In this document: one piece after another, positions 1-13,497 of the stretch
Layout: the number at the start of each line of letters is the position of its first letter
Position numbering within the stretch: position 1 is the first letter of the stretch
NCBI GenBank assembly: GCA_951406725.2
Contig: OX597823.1
Coordinates: 79,608,001 to 79,672,000, forward strand
Direction: 5' to 3'
Length of the DNA stretch: 64,000 nt
Source of the DNA: Octopus vulgaris
Taxonomy: Eukaryota
Made by a program: the position numbers and the translations under genes
The notes under the pieces: generated by a model
Told to the model about the DNA's origin: nothing
The model's input: the letters and a program-made list of their open reading frames with translations, nothing else
The model's database searches: none

Positions 1-387
1 TGTGTGTGTGTACATATGTATGTTTATGTATGTGTGTGTATGTATGTATGTATTTATGTATGTAGTGTATGTATATGTGTGTATGTATGTATGTGTGCAT
101 GCGTGTATGTGTGCATGTGTATGTATGTATGTATATATATGTGTGTGTATGTATATATATGTATGTATATATGTGTGTATGTATGTGCGTATGTATGTAT
201 GTGTGTGTATGTGTGTGTGTATGTGTCTGTATGTATGTATGTATGTATGTGTATGTGTGTAAGTTTGTGTGTATGTATGTATGTATGTATGTATGTATGT
301 ATGTACGTGTGTGTGTATGTATGTGTGTGTATGTATGTGTGCGTGCGTGTGTGTGTATGTGTGTGTGTATGTATGTATGTATATGTA

Positions 388-426
<39 letters not shown>
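1..426. repeat. Compound (TATG)n/(TG)n/(TA)n microsatellite
   Basis: Direct reading; it explains the MYVC-repeat ORFs. Confidence 0.97.
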
Positions 427-427
<1 letters not shown>

Positions 428-570
428 AGTTCAGTAAAAATTTAAATTCAGATGAATATGGTACTTAAGTTAAAGGCACCAGAATTTGGTGTGGTATTAT
501 GCATATAAATCAAATGGGGTGATTATAATCAAAATAATACCCTTGTTGGTTATTTTGATTATATATAAAA

Positions 571-1260
571 CTTAGATAAACTTAGATATGTTTCGACCAA
601 AGATTGGTTCAGGCCATGTCTAACTTAATAGCACAACCCGATAGGATTACTCGAATCCTGTTTAAGTCAAGTTTTGTTTATGGTCCATTCAAGTAGTGAG
701 TTTTTGTTGGATGAATTGTATCCAATTATGGGTGACTTATCTGATATTCTTTGAAGGAATCTATCCAGACTCCGTTTAAAGTTGATGGGATCCTTTTCCT
801 CTTTGATCGCTTTCAGGACAATGTTAAATAGGGCAGGGCCTGTTGAGGAAAAGAAATTATGTTGCAGTGTACATGTATGCTGTGATCTTGAATTGGGCAG
901 GGGACGTATGACCAGTGGTCCCAGTCTTGGATGAACCTTGAAGCTAACGTTTAGGTCGTTTGGGCAAAGTTGGCGGTATATTCTCCACATCGTACTAATG
1001 ATGTACCGCTCACGGCGACGCTGGAGAGAGTAGAGTTTCAAGGCTTTTAGGCGACCCCAATAATCGAGAACAGCCATGCCTTCAATTCGTTTAGTGAGTG
1101 CCCTCTGGGGTGATTCAATCCTCGAGATGTTTTGTCTTGTATGGGGATACCTCAGTGGGCAGCAATATTCGAGGTGTGGCCGTACAAAGGAGGAGAAAAG
1201 TGGTATGATGACACCTTGTTCTCTGGACCGAAAAGTTCTTAAGATCCAGGAACTCATCAT
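571..1260 (-). mobile_element. 5'-truncated CR1/L2-group LINE: ORF2 C-terminus plus 3' UTR and tail
   Basis: ORF 667-1260 has the RPHLEYCC..., LKLYSLQRRRERY and FK..LD.FL motifs typical of CR1/L2-group ORF2 ends. The 3' end has a stem-loop followed by a duplicated 'atctaagttt' tail at 571-590. Confidence 0.85.
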
Positions 1261-1555
1261 TCAGGAAATATATATAGACTGTGGTAAACAGTCTAATTTA
1301 CATTTTATATCAACATAAGAAAACAGTGAATCCGAAGTACTGTTTACCTAGTGACCAGACTGAAACATGTGTAGGCCTTTTAATGCTTGTTTTATAATAT
1401 TTATAAATATATGTTGCTTTAAATTTTATTTGTAGTCACTTATTTACTATATTTTATTGTGCTAAACATGATACAAATAAAATAAGTATCCATTATTATT
1501 TCTGTTTTCTTACGTTGATATAAAATGCATACACGTGTGTATGTGTGTGTGTGTA

Positions 1556-1601
<46 letters not shown>

Positions 1602-2756
1602 TTCGCTCAGGAATTGCGATACTAATACCCTGGTGTAAAACACAATATACATATGCTTCGTAATGAAGCGCTAGATGAGTATAAGCGGTAATACAAATAG
1701 ATCTATCTACTGATAGATCATTCGATCATTATACACATCTTAGAATTAATCTCATTCTAACTGTGGGAGGAGTCCTTGGTCTTCATCTCCCACATATATA
1801 CTTTCTCTTTGGTAATGCCTCCTTGTATATAAGCCTAAATGTATTTGTGTGGGATAGAATATTTTGAGTGGAATATGATTTCAGTTGCAAAAGCGGTGCG
1901 TCACCTCTTGACTTATCAGTATTTCTGGAAGGCCAGGACGTCTTATGAACATTAGCCACTGATGTGGTGTAATGAATATATAATTTTACATGTTATGAGG
2001 CTTCCTCTGTTGTGATATGTTCTCTCAACCCTTATGACGGTGTAATCAAGTATTTTGAATATCCTGTGTTGTTGGTATAAAAATGTGATTTGAGTTATCA
2101 CAAAATCGTATAAACATTTTTAGTTACATAAAGAGTTTTTTAACCGTTACTCTTGCATTGTGACTTGCAATGTTTTTAAATATTAATATTTGTGTCATGT
2201 TCATATGATTTATTTAATATCAAAATTTATGTCATGTTTAAACGATTTATTTTTTAGTGTGAATTGCTCGGATGTTTTAAATGCCCCAACAATTCACAGA
2301 TTTTAAATGTATTTTTAATGAATTCCGTGTGGAATTGTGATGTTTAGAAGGAAAATAATAATGATATTCTGAGCTTTTACCGTTGTTGATTTTTTTTAAT
2401 AATGTTACTCATTTCTGAAATGCCGCTTATTTATGTGAAGTTTGTTTTGTCTTCTTGTACATTGCTTGCTTGCTTAATTTTTGGAGAATGTCTTCTACTA
2501 TAGCTCCGGACAGACCAATGCCTTCTCTGTAAATTTCGTAGATGAAAACTATATATAACCAGCATTCAATTACCGTTCGGTTTGTCTCCTTATACCACGA
2601 CCTTCTCTGCTTCTATCTTTGTGTACAAGCAGTCTCTGGATGAAGACCGAGCCTGCGCTGCTCAACCACAAGACACCTGCCGGGCGAAATGCTTTCACCT
2701 TTGATACTTGCCTCAATAACACCATTATTTAATACATTTGTATCAGATATTTTCAC

Positions 2757-2853
2757 ATTATTATTAGTATTATTATTATTATTATTGTTATTATTGTTAT
2801 TATTATTATTATTATTATAATTATTATTATTATTATTATTATCATTATTATTA

Positions 2854-2905
<52 letters not shown>

Positions 2906-2935
2906 CAACATCATCATCATCATCATCATCATCAA

Positions 2936-2994
<59 letters not shown>
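2757..2994. repeat. (TTA)n/(TCA)n trinucleotide microsatellite
   Basis: Direct reading. Confidence 0.97.
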
Positions 2995-2995
<1 letters not shown>

Positions 2996-3232
2996 CTTAT
3001 GATCTGCATGTTTGTTACAATCACTCGCCGAGACACACCCAGTGTCCTAGGGCGAGTGAAGGATAAGAGATGTTACAGTATTACTGAAAACTTGGGGAGG
3101 GGAAGTGGCAAATTCAGCAGCGAAGTATCTTCCTGTAATACAAAACATACATTTAAATTGATAGGGTCTTTCTAAGGATGTGAGCAGTACTTTTCAGCAC
3201 AACAGCACGTCAGCACAGGTCATGTCCTTGTC
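2995..3232 (-). mobile_element. R4/Dong-like non-LTR retrotransposon 3' end
   Basis: Minus strand encodes RAVVLKSTAHILRKTLSI*, matching the C-terminus of the copy at 5619. Its 3' UTR abuts (TAA)n. Confidence 0.65.
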
Positions 3233-3252
3233 TTATTATTAATATAATTATT

Positions 3253-3469
3253 TACTCTCTTACTTTTTTACTTGTTTCAATCATTTGACTGCGGCCATGC
3301 CGGAGCACCGCCTTTAGTCGAGCAAATCGACCCCAATACTTATTCTTTGTAAACCAAGTACTCATTCTATCGGTCTCTTTTGCCGAACCACTAAGTTACG
3401 CGGATGTAAACACACCAGCATCGGTTGTCAAGTGATGTTGGGAGGTAAAATACATACACACAAACACAC

Positions 3470-3568
<99 letters not shown>

Positions 3569-3728
3569 TACGACGGGCTTCTTTCAGTTTCCGTTTACCA
3601 AATCCACTCACAAGGTTTTGGTTGGCCCGAGGCTATAGTAGAAGACACTTGCCCAAAGTAGTGGCACTGAACCTGGAACCATGTGGTTGGTAAGTAAGCT
3701 ACTTACCACACAGCCACTCCACCGCCTA
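3253..3728 (-). mobile_element. tRNA-derived SINE family B with internal (TA)n/(TG)n
   Basis: Head 'ggagtggctgtgtggtaag...ggttcagt', body 'ttgggcaagtgtcttctactatag', tail 'gcatggccgcagtcaaatga.tgaaacaagtaaaa'; multiple copies in the window. Confidence 0.9.
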
Positions 3729-3761
3729 TTATAATTGCAATTATTATTATTATCATCATCA

Positions 3762-3796
<35 letters not shown>

Positions 3797-4424
3797 GATA
3801 TTATTATTTTTATTATCATTATTATTACTATCTCATTATCACATGTTTTGTTGGACATCCTGGACTCTTGCATGAGTAGCGCTCTTACTATCTGCAGCCT
3901 ACGGTACCATGCTAATCGTTCTTTTCAGCAATCTAATAATTTCCTAATAATAATAATCATTATCATTATTGTCGTCGTCGTCGTCGTCGTCGTTCTTGTT
4001 GTTGTTGTTATTGTTGTTAACATATGTTATTCTATCACAAAGCCGCAAATTTCATAAGATATTGTAACAGAACATTTGTATATTACAGCGGTTTACTTTA
4101 AATACGAAGAACGAATGAAGAGCGAGGTTGACTATGGTTGTATTGGGGGAAAAAGAATTTAATAGTGCATTGATTAAATAGCAATTCCTTATTAAAGCAC
4201 AAGGTCTTAAATCTAGGGTAATGGTCTCGGCTGGATTTCAACTCAGAATTTGAATGGTTGTAAAATGTTAACATAGAATCTTTTCGCCATTTTATTGCTT
4301 TATTATATTATCAGCTAATCATTGAAACAGCTACGATGTGTTAGGCATTATATCTATGTTATTTATTTACTATATATTTATGCAAGTATGTGCACACACA
4401 CATATATATGGATGTGTGCATCTC

Positions 4425-4494
4425 GCCTTCTCTCTCTCTTTCTTTATCACTCAATCTTCCCTCTCTCTCTCTCTCCTACTCACTCACTCCTCCT

Positions 4495-4576
<82 letters not shown>

Positions 4577-4699
4577 TTTGTGTGTGCGTGTGCGTATGCG
4601 CATGTATGTATGTACGTATGAATATATTTTTATATATATATGTATGCATATATATAAATGTATGTATATATATATATATGTGTGTGTACATATCTTACG

Positions 4700-4736
<37 letters not shown>

Positions 4737-4988
4737 TATGTATACATATATGTATATATGTATGTGTATATATATACATACATATGTGCGTTGTGTATGT
4801 GTATGTGTGCGTGCATGTGTGTGTGTGCATGCATGTGTGTGTGTGTGTGTGCGCGTGTATGTGTGTGTAATCGATGATCCTTGTTATTCGTTATTCCCAC
4901 AGTATATTTATTTTACCATTTTATCGGTGTCGTATCCTAAACTCCACCAGCATCATCACCATCCTTGGTTTTATCATTATATTATTAT

Positions 4989-5040
<52 letters not shown>

Positions 5041-5286
5041 GCTGCTGCCGCTGATGCTGCTGATGCTGCTGCTTCTGTGTTGTATTTCCTTTCTATTTGT
5101 CATGCCTGGTTCTTTTCCGTGTACAATACTCAACAATGGAGTATATCGGAAGTAATAAAGTTGGTCAAAGAAAATATGGCCAAATGAAATTAAATAGTAA
5201 TATTATGGGATCGGTTGTAATTCCATTCTCCCTGTTTGCAATACTGGTCATAAACCTAAATGGAACGGTTCCCTTTCTTTCTCGCG

Positions 5287-5352
<66 letters not shown>

Positions 5353-5420
5353 TTCTCTCTCTCGCTTTCTCGTTCTCTCTCTCTCTCTCGTTCTCACTAT
5401 CTCCATCTTTCTCTTTCTAT
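4425..5420. repeat. Compound microsatellite block (CT)n,(TA)n,(TG)n,(CTA)n,(GCT)n
   Basis: Direct reading. Confidence 0.9.
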
Positions 5421-5540
5421 TTTTCCTTCACATTTTAAACTGAAGCACAGTTTTGTCAAGCCTGGCGTGTCCTCACGATATATTTCATTTATAGCTACTA
5501 AACAATAATAAGACTTTACAGTAGTGATGTTGATGTTGAA

Positions 5541-5618
<78 letters not shown>

Positions 5619-5940
5619 TTTGAGAAACTCTCAAAATACAAAGACCTGGAAATAGAGGTAACCAGAATGTGGAATCTAAAAACAGAAACAATTCCTATCA
5701 TAGTAGGTGCATTAGGCATGATAAAAAAATATTCAGACAAATACATAACAAAAACACCAGGACTTACAAACGCATATAACATACAGAAAATTGCACTACT
5801 AGGCACTGCACACATCCTACGCAGAACACTTTCCATACAATAACCATCAGAGCATCACAACAAATCACAGTATATACCTAAGGCACACAGAGCTGCGCTC
5901 GGTAGTGAAGTGAAAGCACGCTATAAAAATAAAACTACTG
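5619..5940 (+). mobile_element. R4/Dong-like (RLE-type) retrotransposon 3' end inserted in (TAA)n
   Basis: Translates EKLSKYKDLEIEVTRMWNLKTETIPIIVGALGMIKK...IQKIALLGTAHILRRTLSIQ*; (AAT)n on both sides. Confidence 0.88.
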
Positions 5941-5966
5941 AATAATAATAATAATAAGCCTAATTG

Positions 5967-6029
<63 letters not shown>

Positions 6030-6630
6030 AAGCGTTACTGAGTGAGAGAGCAGCGCATGCCCTCAAGGTAACACAGGGGCACAAATATACGGATCCAAAT
6101 ATACCTATCATGGCTACCCGTCTTATAAGAGTACACCAGGTATATGCATCATAACCATATGTGCGTGACATGGTGATCTCATATTAAGATAAACAATACA
6201 TGACCCTACATGTGGGATTCAGTTAGAACTTTCATCAGACTTAGTAGCTCATCCCGCTCAAAAGGTCCCTGAATAAGGGTCACTTAAGGATGATGAATGA
6301 AACACCGATGCGTCCAGGGGTGTATTATTCAAATTCCAAAGAATTTCCTCTCGACTTATAGCTATGATGCCCTCACCACTACTCCTGCTCGGGATCAGAG
6401 ATGCTCGTATCGTCAGCCACTAAGATACATGCTAAACTGGTTAGGATTAAGCAAATGACATGCAGCTCTACGGTATTAAGCAGAATATTTGCTGTAGTCC
6501 AGAGAAAAAACATGGTACGGAAGATCTGATGTTTGTGCAAATCGCACTCAACTTCAAACATTTTCACGAGTATCATTGACACTATACTGTCAGCGATGAA
6601 CATGCTCGTCTAACGAGTAGACAGCCATCA

Positions 6631-6673
<43 letters not shown>

Positions 6674-6712
6674 ATGTATGTATGTATGTATGTATGTATG
6701 TATGTATGTATG

Positions 6713-6903
6713 CTCCGGCAGGGGGTGGTGGTGATCCCTGCTATACTCTTTCGCCACAACTTTCTCTCACTTTTTCTTCTGTTGACCTGCTCGCTTAGCC
6801 AGCGGGGTGGCGTCACTTAAAGGCTAAAACAATGCGAAACGCATTGTGACCAGCGATCTGTAGCAACATCTGAAGGCCTGGTCGATCACGTGATCACGTG
6901 ATG
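6713..6903 (+). mobile_element. SINE family C fragment (body plus distinct tail)
   Basis: Body 'gctccggcagggggtggtg...tactctttcgccacaactttctctcact' is shared with the copies at 49228 and 59698. Confidence 0.75.
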
Positions 6904-6937
6904 TATGTATGTATTTATGTATGTATATATGTATGTA

Positions 6938-7040
6938 AAGTTAATCCAAACAAGAAAGCACAAAAAACACAACAACGCGAGGACGTGGAACAAATATAGT
7001 ATTATTGGATGCTCAGGAAAGAAGGAAAGAAGGAGGGTTT
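6938..7040 (-). mobile_element. Truncated copy of the microsatellite-associated element at 49004
   Basis: Near-identical to 49004-49098; embedded in (TATG)n; truncated just before the hammerhead motif. Confidence 0.8.
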
Positions 7041-8807
7041 ATGTATGTATGTATGTATGTATGTATGTATGTATGTATGTATGTATGTATGTATGTATTA
7101 TGTTTGTATTATGATTTTTCTTTGAATTTTATTTTCTTCCTAAGAGGGTTTAAGCCGGTCACTAGCCAAACGACAAGTCTTTTTTAAGTCAAGAGAGTTC
7201 CCACAAATATGTGGTTGTTAGTGTGTTGGTTGAACTGTCGATGCATAAACCCAAGTTTGTGCATCTATTCACCTAAAGAATTTCAAATGGAAAATTTTTG
7301 GAATGTCTTACAAATCTTAACGGTATATTAATCTTTCTGAAATTGTACCAATGTAGGACCTCTATGACACCAATGTTGCGGATGTTTTGGAGTAAGCATT
7401 TCAAGGCCAAAGTGGAAATATCCCTGAAGAAAATGCAATCGCGATACAGCAATGATGTCCATTTGAACCCATTTTAAATGAAAGAGTGCTTATAGTACAC
7501 TTGACTGTCTCAACCACCCACGTTTTCTCTAAAACATAAACATTCCTTCCAGTATTTTACATGTCCCATTAGTTTTCATTTAACACGTCGGTTATGATTA
7601 CTTATTAATAAGAATAGTCAAGGATTGAAAGAAAATTCTCACCCAGTTTTTATCCAATTGTGTAGGCATGATGATTGACACGCGCCATAAAAGCTTCTTA
7701 GAGACTCCATTTTTATTTTGTCACACAGAACGAAAAACGTTTTCATCTATTCGATTATTTGCATAACAATTTGCGTGGAAATGAGTGATTAATATATCTA
7801 CCAACAATTTTACGTGAATAATCCTTGTAGGCGTATAAATCTACGCATTTATGTAGCCATAATTACTTCCTGTTAATTACTGTATTTTCTATAATCTTCG
7901 AAGCAATTTCTGGTTGTGGACATTTTGAAATTAGAACAATGATATGTCTGAAATGTGCCTTTATAAATAATGTAACATCAACAGCAGTAGGCAACTGCCT
8001 TGTTGATAACAAAGCCGTAGTTAGAATATCGTTTGAATCCCGTCTGAAGAAAGCTTAAATGAAATTGTCAACCCAAATTAATTATATAATGCATCGTTTT
8101 TATCCACATTGATTACGGCTGACAACTCCAGTGTTGATGACTAACACATCCTGCTTGTAATGTAACAATAATTAGCTTGAATAGTTAAACCCCTGGCTTG
8201 CTTGGTTGTTGGACTATTTACTTACGACTATTGTTCAATAGGAAATCCACACGATACCGCAACCAGTAACAATAAAACCGAATTAAAACAGGAAAAACAT
8301 GGGTCACAACAATAGCAACAGCAACAACGCAAATAGACTTAATGATTGATTTCGATTTTCTAAACAAAATTTATTGTGATTCTTCGGTCAAAACAAGAAT
8401 ATTCTCTCTTATCTCAACCTTTCAGAGAGTAATCACTCAGAAAAACTTGTATCACACTTATAACACAGTTGACGAATACTATATTCAAAAGACAATATAA
8501 CGTGTGCAGATGTGCGTGCAATTGTCTAAAATATATGCAAATATATGTACATAAATTTATGAAATATACATAATCTTACAAAAGATTCCGACTTAAAATT
8601 ATCCTTTCTTAACTGACGAAGCAAACAGTTAGCCAAAAATATATCAGCCGACCTCAAATCGTTAAGAAAAGAGGAAAGTTTTTTTTTCTCCCTCCCGGCT
8701 ATTTATCAACTTAATAACTATAATATATATGTATGTGTGCGCGCGCGCGTGTGTGTGTATGTACACATATATGTATGTGTAGGTATGTGTGTATATTTAT
8801 ATATGTA

Positions 8808-8847
<40 letters not shown>

Positions 8848-9159
8848 TGCGTGTTATTCATAATTTATACTTTTTTTTTGCCATTAAAATTATTTTCAAT
8901 TTAACTGATATTTGAATATATTTCTTTATTTTTCTTGTATTATTCATAATTTCTTTTCGATACTTTAGATATTCTTAAAACAAAAGACTAGCAGAAACAG
9001 TAGAATGTTGGACTAAAAACATAGGATACTTAGCTTACTACTTGAAAGTACTGAGTTCATATCTTACTAAAACTTGAACCAACACTTTTGATAAATTCTG
9101 TTTTTTTTTCATTCTATTGTGGTAACATATTGAAGTTTAACGATGGGCTCTGATTTCAC

Positions 9160-9490
9160 CTTGGCAAACAGATGAAAAGAACATCAAGATTTGTTCAACG
9201 AGAACGACATCCAACTACAGATCCTATTACAAGAAAGGTGCATTGCAAGGCAAGACAGCTAAATTGAAACACAAGGTCAAACAGATGAAAACTGGTGGAA
9301 GCAAGAAGAGAGATGCAACAATATACTAAGAAACTGAAACAGTGCGAGGCCGAAGATGAAGAGCTACATCATTATGTAGGTTAAAAACGATATGAAAGCA
9401 TTTTACACCGGACTTCAAGAGGTATGCGAGTCACAGAAAAGAGACGCAACAAAGCTGATATCTTTTGACTGCCCATATCTTGTGAACATA
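9160..9490 (+). mobile_element. Degenerate RTE-clade LINE fragment (EN-RT linker)
   Basis: Frameshifted translation resembling ..QDWFNEND..WWKQ..NDMKAFYTGLQEV.. Confidence 0.6.
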
Positions 9491-10054
9491 TCTAAACCAG
9501 TACCTACCGGAAAGCGTGTACAGTTGAATAGATATATTTATGGCTCAAATGCTTGCAAGGGAGTGAACTACGCTAAAATACCCATGGGTCAAATGATGTG
9601 TAAAACCGGGTAGTGTACTATTTATACCACTCAAAAGTAATCCTGTGAATATTTCTGTTGCTGCGGACTAATCCTTGAATATTTTGTTGCCAGATAAGTT
9701 ATTCACTTCATTCCATTCGATATCTTACTGAGAAAATTTCACTTCCTTTAAGCTATTGTTACTGTCTGGAAATGCAGAAGTGATGTTATTTCTGTCTTTT
9801 TTCTATATACCATGATTTAATTCCTAACTATTATAATTCGTATCCATATTATACCTTAATTGTTTGAAATTAATGTATTTCGAAGAGTAATACTTCATAT
9901 CACACTGCCTTGGTAGTGAAAAACCATCTGATTAAGCGTAACTTTTGTTTCGAATATTAAAATATTTTGCTGGAATTATCAATTGAAATATGAAAATTTT
10001 GGCAAAGAAATATCGAAAAATATTCTAATATAGTTTTACAAGATTGTTCAAGCA

Positions 10055-10232
10055 GACATACATACAGACAGACAGACAGACAGACAGGCAGGCAGGTAGG
10101 TAGGTAGGTAGGTAGGTAGGTAGGTAGTTAGTTAGTTAGGTAGGTAGGTAGGTTGGTAGGTAGGTAGGTAGGTAGGTAGGTAGGTAGGTAGGTAGGTAGG
10201 TAGGTAGGTAGGTAGGTAGGTATACAGGTAGA
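10055..10232. repeat. (CAGA)n/(TAGG)n microsatellite
   Basis: Direct reading. Confidence 0.95.
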
Positions 10233-11156
10233 GAGATTCACACACAAATGCCATCAAATCTATAGATGCTCAAACGCACATGCATACACGCATGCACACA
10301 TGCACATGTGTGTATATATATGGATGTACACATACAAATAATTGTGTGTGTATATGTGTATGCTTGTATTTGTGCGTGTGTATGAATGTGTGCAAGCCTG
10401 TAAATTGTGATTTTAAAATGATTTTTCGTTGTATTCCACAATAGTCTCTGTTCAATCCGAACACGGAAATACCTGTCTAAAAGAGTTATGCGATGATGTC
10501 TGATGATATCAAATTGTTTATATTTTACAGTAGTTTTTTTGTTGGTTTTGAATATAATCAAGAAGACGACTATTATCAACGGAATCGAGATTAAGACTAA
10601 AATTTCAAATAGTCATTTTTCGAGTATTGACAGATGTCTGCTGCTACAAATGTTTAACATGCGAAATGGATTAAGTTCTATGAAATTCTTCCAGTATGCT
10701 TTAACCACTTTATATAGCCAATCGAAGATTCTTCTCGAGCTATTTCGTACTATCTGAGTACATCTTGATATAAATGCAAAGACCAAATGAAAACAATACT
10801 TACGCCTCTTAAGACAGCTAACAGCTGTAATAGAATAGTAAGTATCAGCGTTAGTAGTAAAGTTATTACCAATGTGAGCGGTGAACATTTTGGCGAGATC
10901 TCACGTGGTTTACCTACCTCTTGGTTCTGATCCTCCTTCGACTAACAAGCAGCTCTAATCCACTTTAGACATAGATATCAAGACACTATCAGGTTCTGTT
11001 TGTTGCTTTATTTTCTCTTTAGACATAATTTTCTTTTGCTTAATTCGCCACGTTCACCTTGAATAATTTCCAACAGATGTTGCACTTCTTTCTGGTTTCA
11101 CCTTCCTGTCTTATCAAATCCAATCCTATAGTCCATAAACAAACTATATAAAAAAA

Positions 11157-11536
11157 TCTCTATATATATAAAGCTGAAGTTGTCTGTGTATGGCAGGTTT
11201 GGTAGCCTTCAACTAACACTATTTCCTCATGACTCTGCGGCGCTAGTTGACCAAAATTGAGAGTATGATAGAAGAAGGCTTGCTCTTCTTCCCGTAGAAG
11301 AAAAACTTCAAATCAGACCATGTTAACACCAGAAATTATTTACATCAAAAAGGTGCTTTTTTTTCTATGAAAATCCCTATTTTTTACGATTTTTTTACTG
11401 CTGTGTCGCCATTTTTCGGTGTATTTCAACCAGAAAAAGAGAATAACAAGCTACATAATGCAAAATTTTTACTTTTCAAAAATTCCAATTCTAAAGGGTC
11501 GAAACAAACCCGAACAACGCCGGGCGATACTGCTAG
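11157..11536 (+). mobile_element. Non-autonomous Helitron
   Basis: 5' TC, subterminal hairpin 'cccgaacaacgccggg', 3' CTAG, inserted between A and T; second copy at 39609-40009. Confidence 0.85.
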
Positions 11537-12341
11537 TTATATATATTCATGAAAACATAGAAACAAATAAGTCGGGGTTAACTATGGGTATGTAGGAGAG
11601 TAAAAATTGATAATGAGACTTGATTCGATTCGATTAAATTAAATTAGATTAAATTAAGAATTATAGAAGTAAAAAGTTGATGAGCGTATGGGTTAGTGAG
11701 TACAATATAATAGGTTAGAGTGATATGACTAAGGGGATGTGGTTTTACTAAATAGTTTACGAGAAATAAGGTATTACAAAGGTATAAAACCGGATATGAT
11801 AAATGTGATACGTGTATTCGTCTAATTTGGGGAATTAAATGTGCATTTACCAAAATATATGAGCAATACAGGGGGAAATTCTATGTCGGAAATTATAAGT
11901 ACCAACTTTTAATAAGGGATAATATATTAGAAGGGACCGCAGAAGATATTTTCCATCGTTAAAAATATGTTTACAATATATTACATCAGACACAATGCAT
12001 TATGAGTTGTTCAATTAATCATCTAATCAGTCATTCAGACCATCTATTTACTTAGTTATTTAATTTTAGTGTTTTATTTGAATGTGGGGGGGGGGGCAGC
12101 TAACGGTAGGATGTTTATGTTGCGCCATTTTTTCGTAATATTTTTTATAATATTTTGGTTAGTTGAAGGGGAATAACTCTTTGATTCACCGGTAGAAATT
12201 GAATAATAAAATACTAACAGTCAGTTAGCAAACTAATCAACCAATTAGCTAATCAATCAATCAATTGATTAATCAATTATTCAACTTAATAATTAATCAA
12301 TCAATTGGTTGTGTATTGGGGTTGCATATTAATGCTTTCAT

Positions 12342-12431
<90 letters not shown>

Positions 12432-12444
12432 TTATAAACAAGGG

Positions 12445-12965
12445 CATTGATAAAATTTTTTTTCGAAAACTTTTATCTTATATTAGATGTAAATTTAATA
12501 CTATCCACATCCGGACTCTCTCACTCTATGAGAATTTTTAGTCCGATCCCACGTGTCTCAAGGTATGCTGGAGAATTTCTATTTTGGATATGTTTGGGGT
12601 ACTTAAGTGTACACATGAATTAGTGTTTACTTCTTCCATGGGTATAAGTAAGTATTTCATTTATTTCTTATCGTGTTTATCGCTGACGAGAAGAAAATTC
12701 CTATGAATTAACTCTGAAATCGGGGCCGATACGATAATAACGGAATTTTTTAGAAATTTCTGTCGGCTTACTTCGAGACGCGTGCTTATAGTGATGAATT
12801 ATATGGTTATTGATGATTTAAGTCTATTTTCGGCATATTTGGCATTAAAATATTTTTCTTTTGCCTTTCTTATAAGTTGTATATAAATTTAACAATTAAA
12901 GGTATTTTTTAATATGCTGGCCATTGATAGAATTTTTTTTCGAAAGATTTTATCCTATATTAGAT
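12445..12965 (+). mobile_element. Hammerhead-containing non-coding element with ~44-bp terminal direct repeats between (TA)n tracts (Penelope pLTR or retrozyme-like)
   Basis: Direct repeats 12445-12488 and 12922-12965 (period 477); internal hammerhead fold; flanking TA microsatellites. Confidence 0.65.
12677..12737 (+). ncRNA. Type I hammerhead ribozyme fold
   Basis: Stem I ttatcg/cgataa; CTGACGA 12683-12689; stem II with AATTC-ctat-GAATT hairpin and an imperfect base; GAAA 12716-12719; stem III a-tcgg-gg-ccga-t; AUA cleavage triplet. Confidence 0.7.
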
Positions 12966-12984
12966 ATATATGTGTGTGTGTGTG

Positions 12985-13052
<68 letters not shown>

Positions 13053-13261
13053 CATACACAAGATACATACACACATATACACATACAGATATATATGCAC
13101 ATACAAATTTATGATTCAGTCATGAAGATAGTACTAAATAATGTTATTACTCTGCAACTTTGTGGGTTGTAATCTAATTATTTAATTTTATTATTAAAGA
13201 TGAGCTAGTCTATGAGTATTTGTTTAAGGTATATTATTAGAGGGGTTATTAATGCCATTGC

Positions 13262-13497
13262 TTAAACCATGTTAAACCACAATACCGGATGAACCAACAG
13301 CCCGACATGAGGTGGAGACGAGGGCAGTGGAATCAAACTCCCGTATACACCAAATGGGCCAAGAGTTGAGACAAAGACACATACAGGAGTGGTGACGTGA
13401 AACACTCCAGACTGACTGCGAATATCAGAAAGACCACGGAGGTGGTCCAGCATGACCGCAGCCGCATGGCTGAAACGATTAAAATAGTAAAAGAGCA
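13262..13497 (+). mobile_element. CR1/L2-group LINE extreme 3' end sharing its tail with SINE family B
   Basis: Translates IPDEPTARHEVETRAVESNSRIHQM; ends 'ggtggtccagcatgaccgcag...ctgaaac...gtaaaagag'. Confidence 0.65.

Noticed and set aside
2-468. Long MYVC/YIYI/HTYI-repeat ORFs here and throughout (for example 4390, 36577, 55298)
   Set aside because: Translations of stop-free microsatellites; no coding signal.
581-615. Hammerhead-like CTGA...stem...CGAAAC on the minus strand
   Set aside because: The core is incomplete and it coincides with the LINE 3' stem-loop and tail repeat.
1660-2450. Possible Penelope or host coding remnant (KNIASHNAR on the minus strand)
   Set aside because: A single short motif in stop-riddled frames; not supportable.
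7140-8340. Possible decayed DNA transposon or exon in a unique-looking stretch
   Set aside because: No recognisable motif, termini or sustained reading frame.
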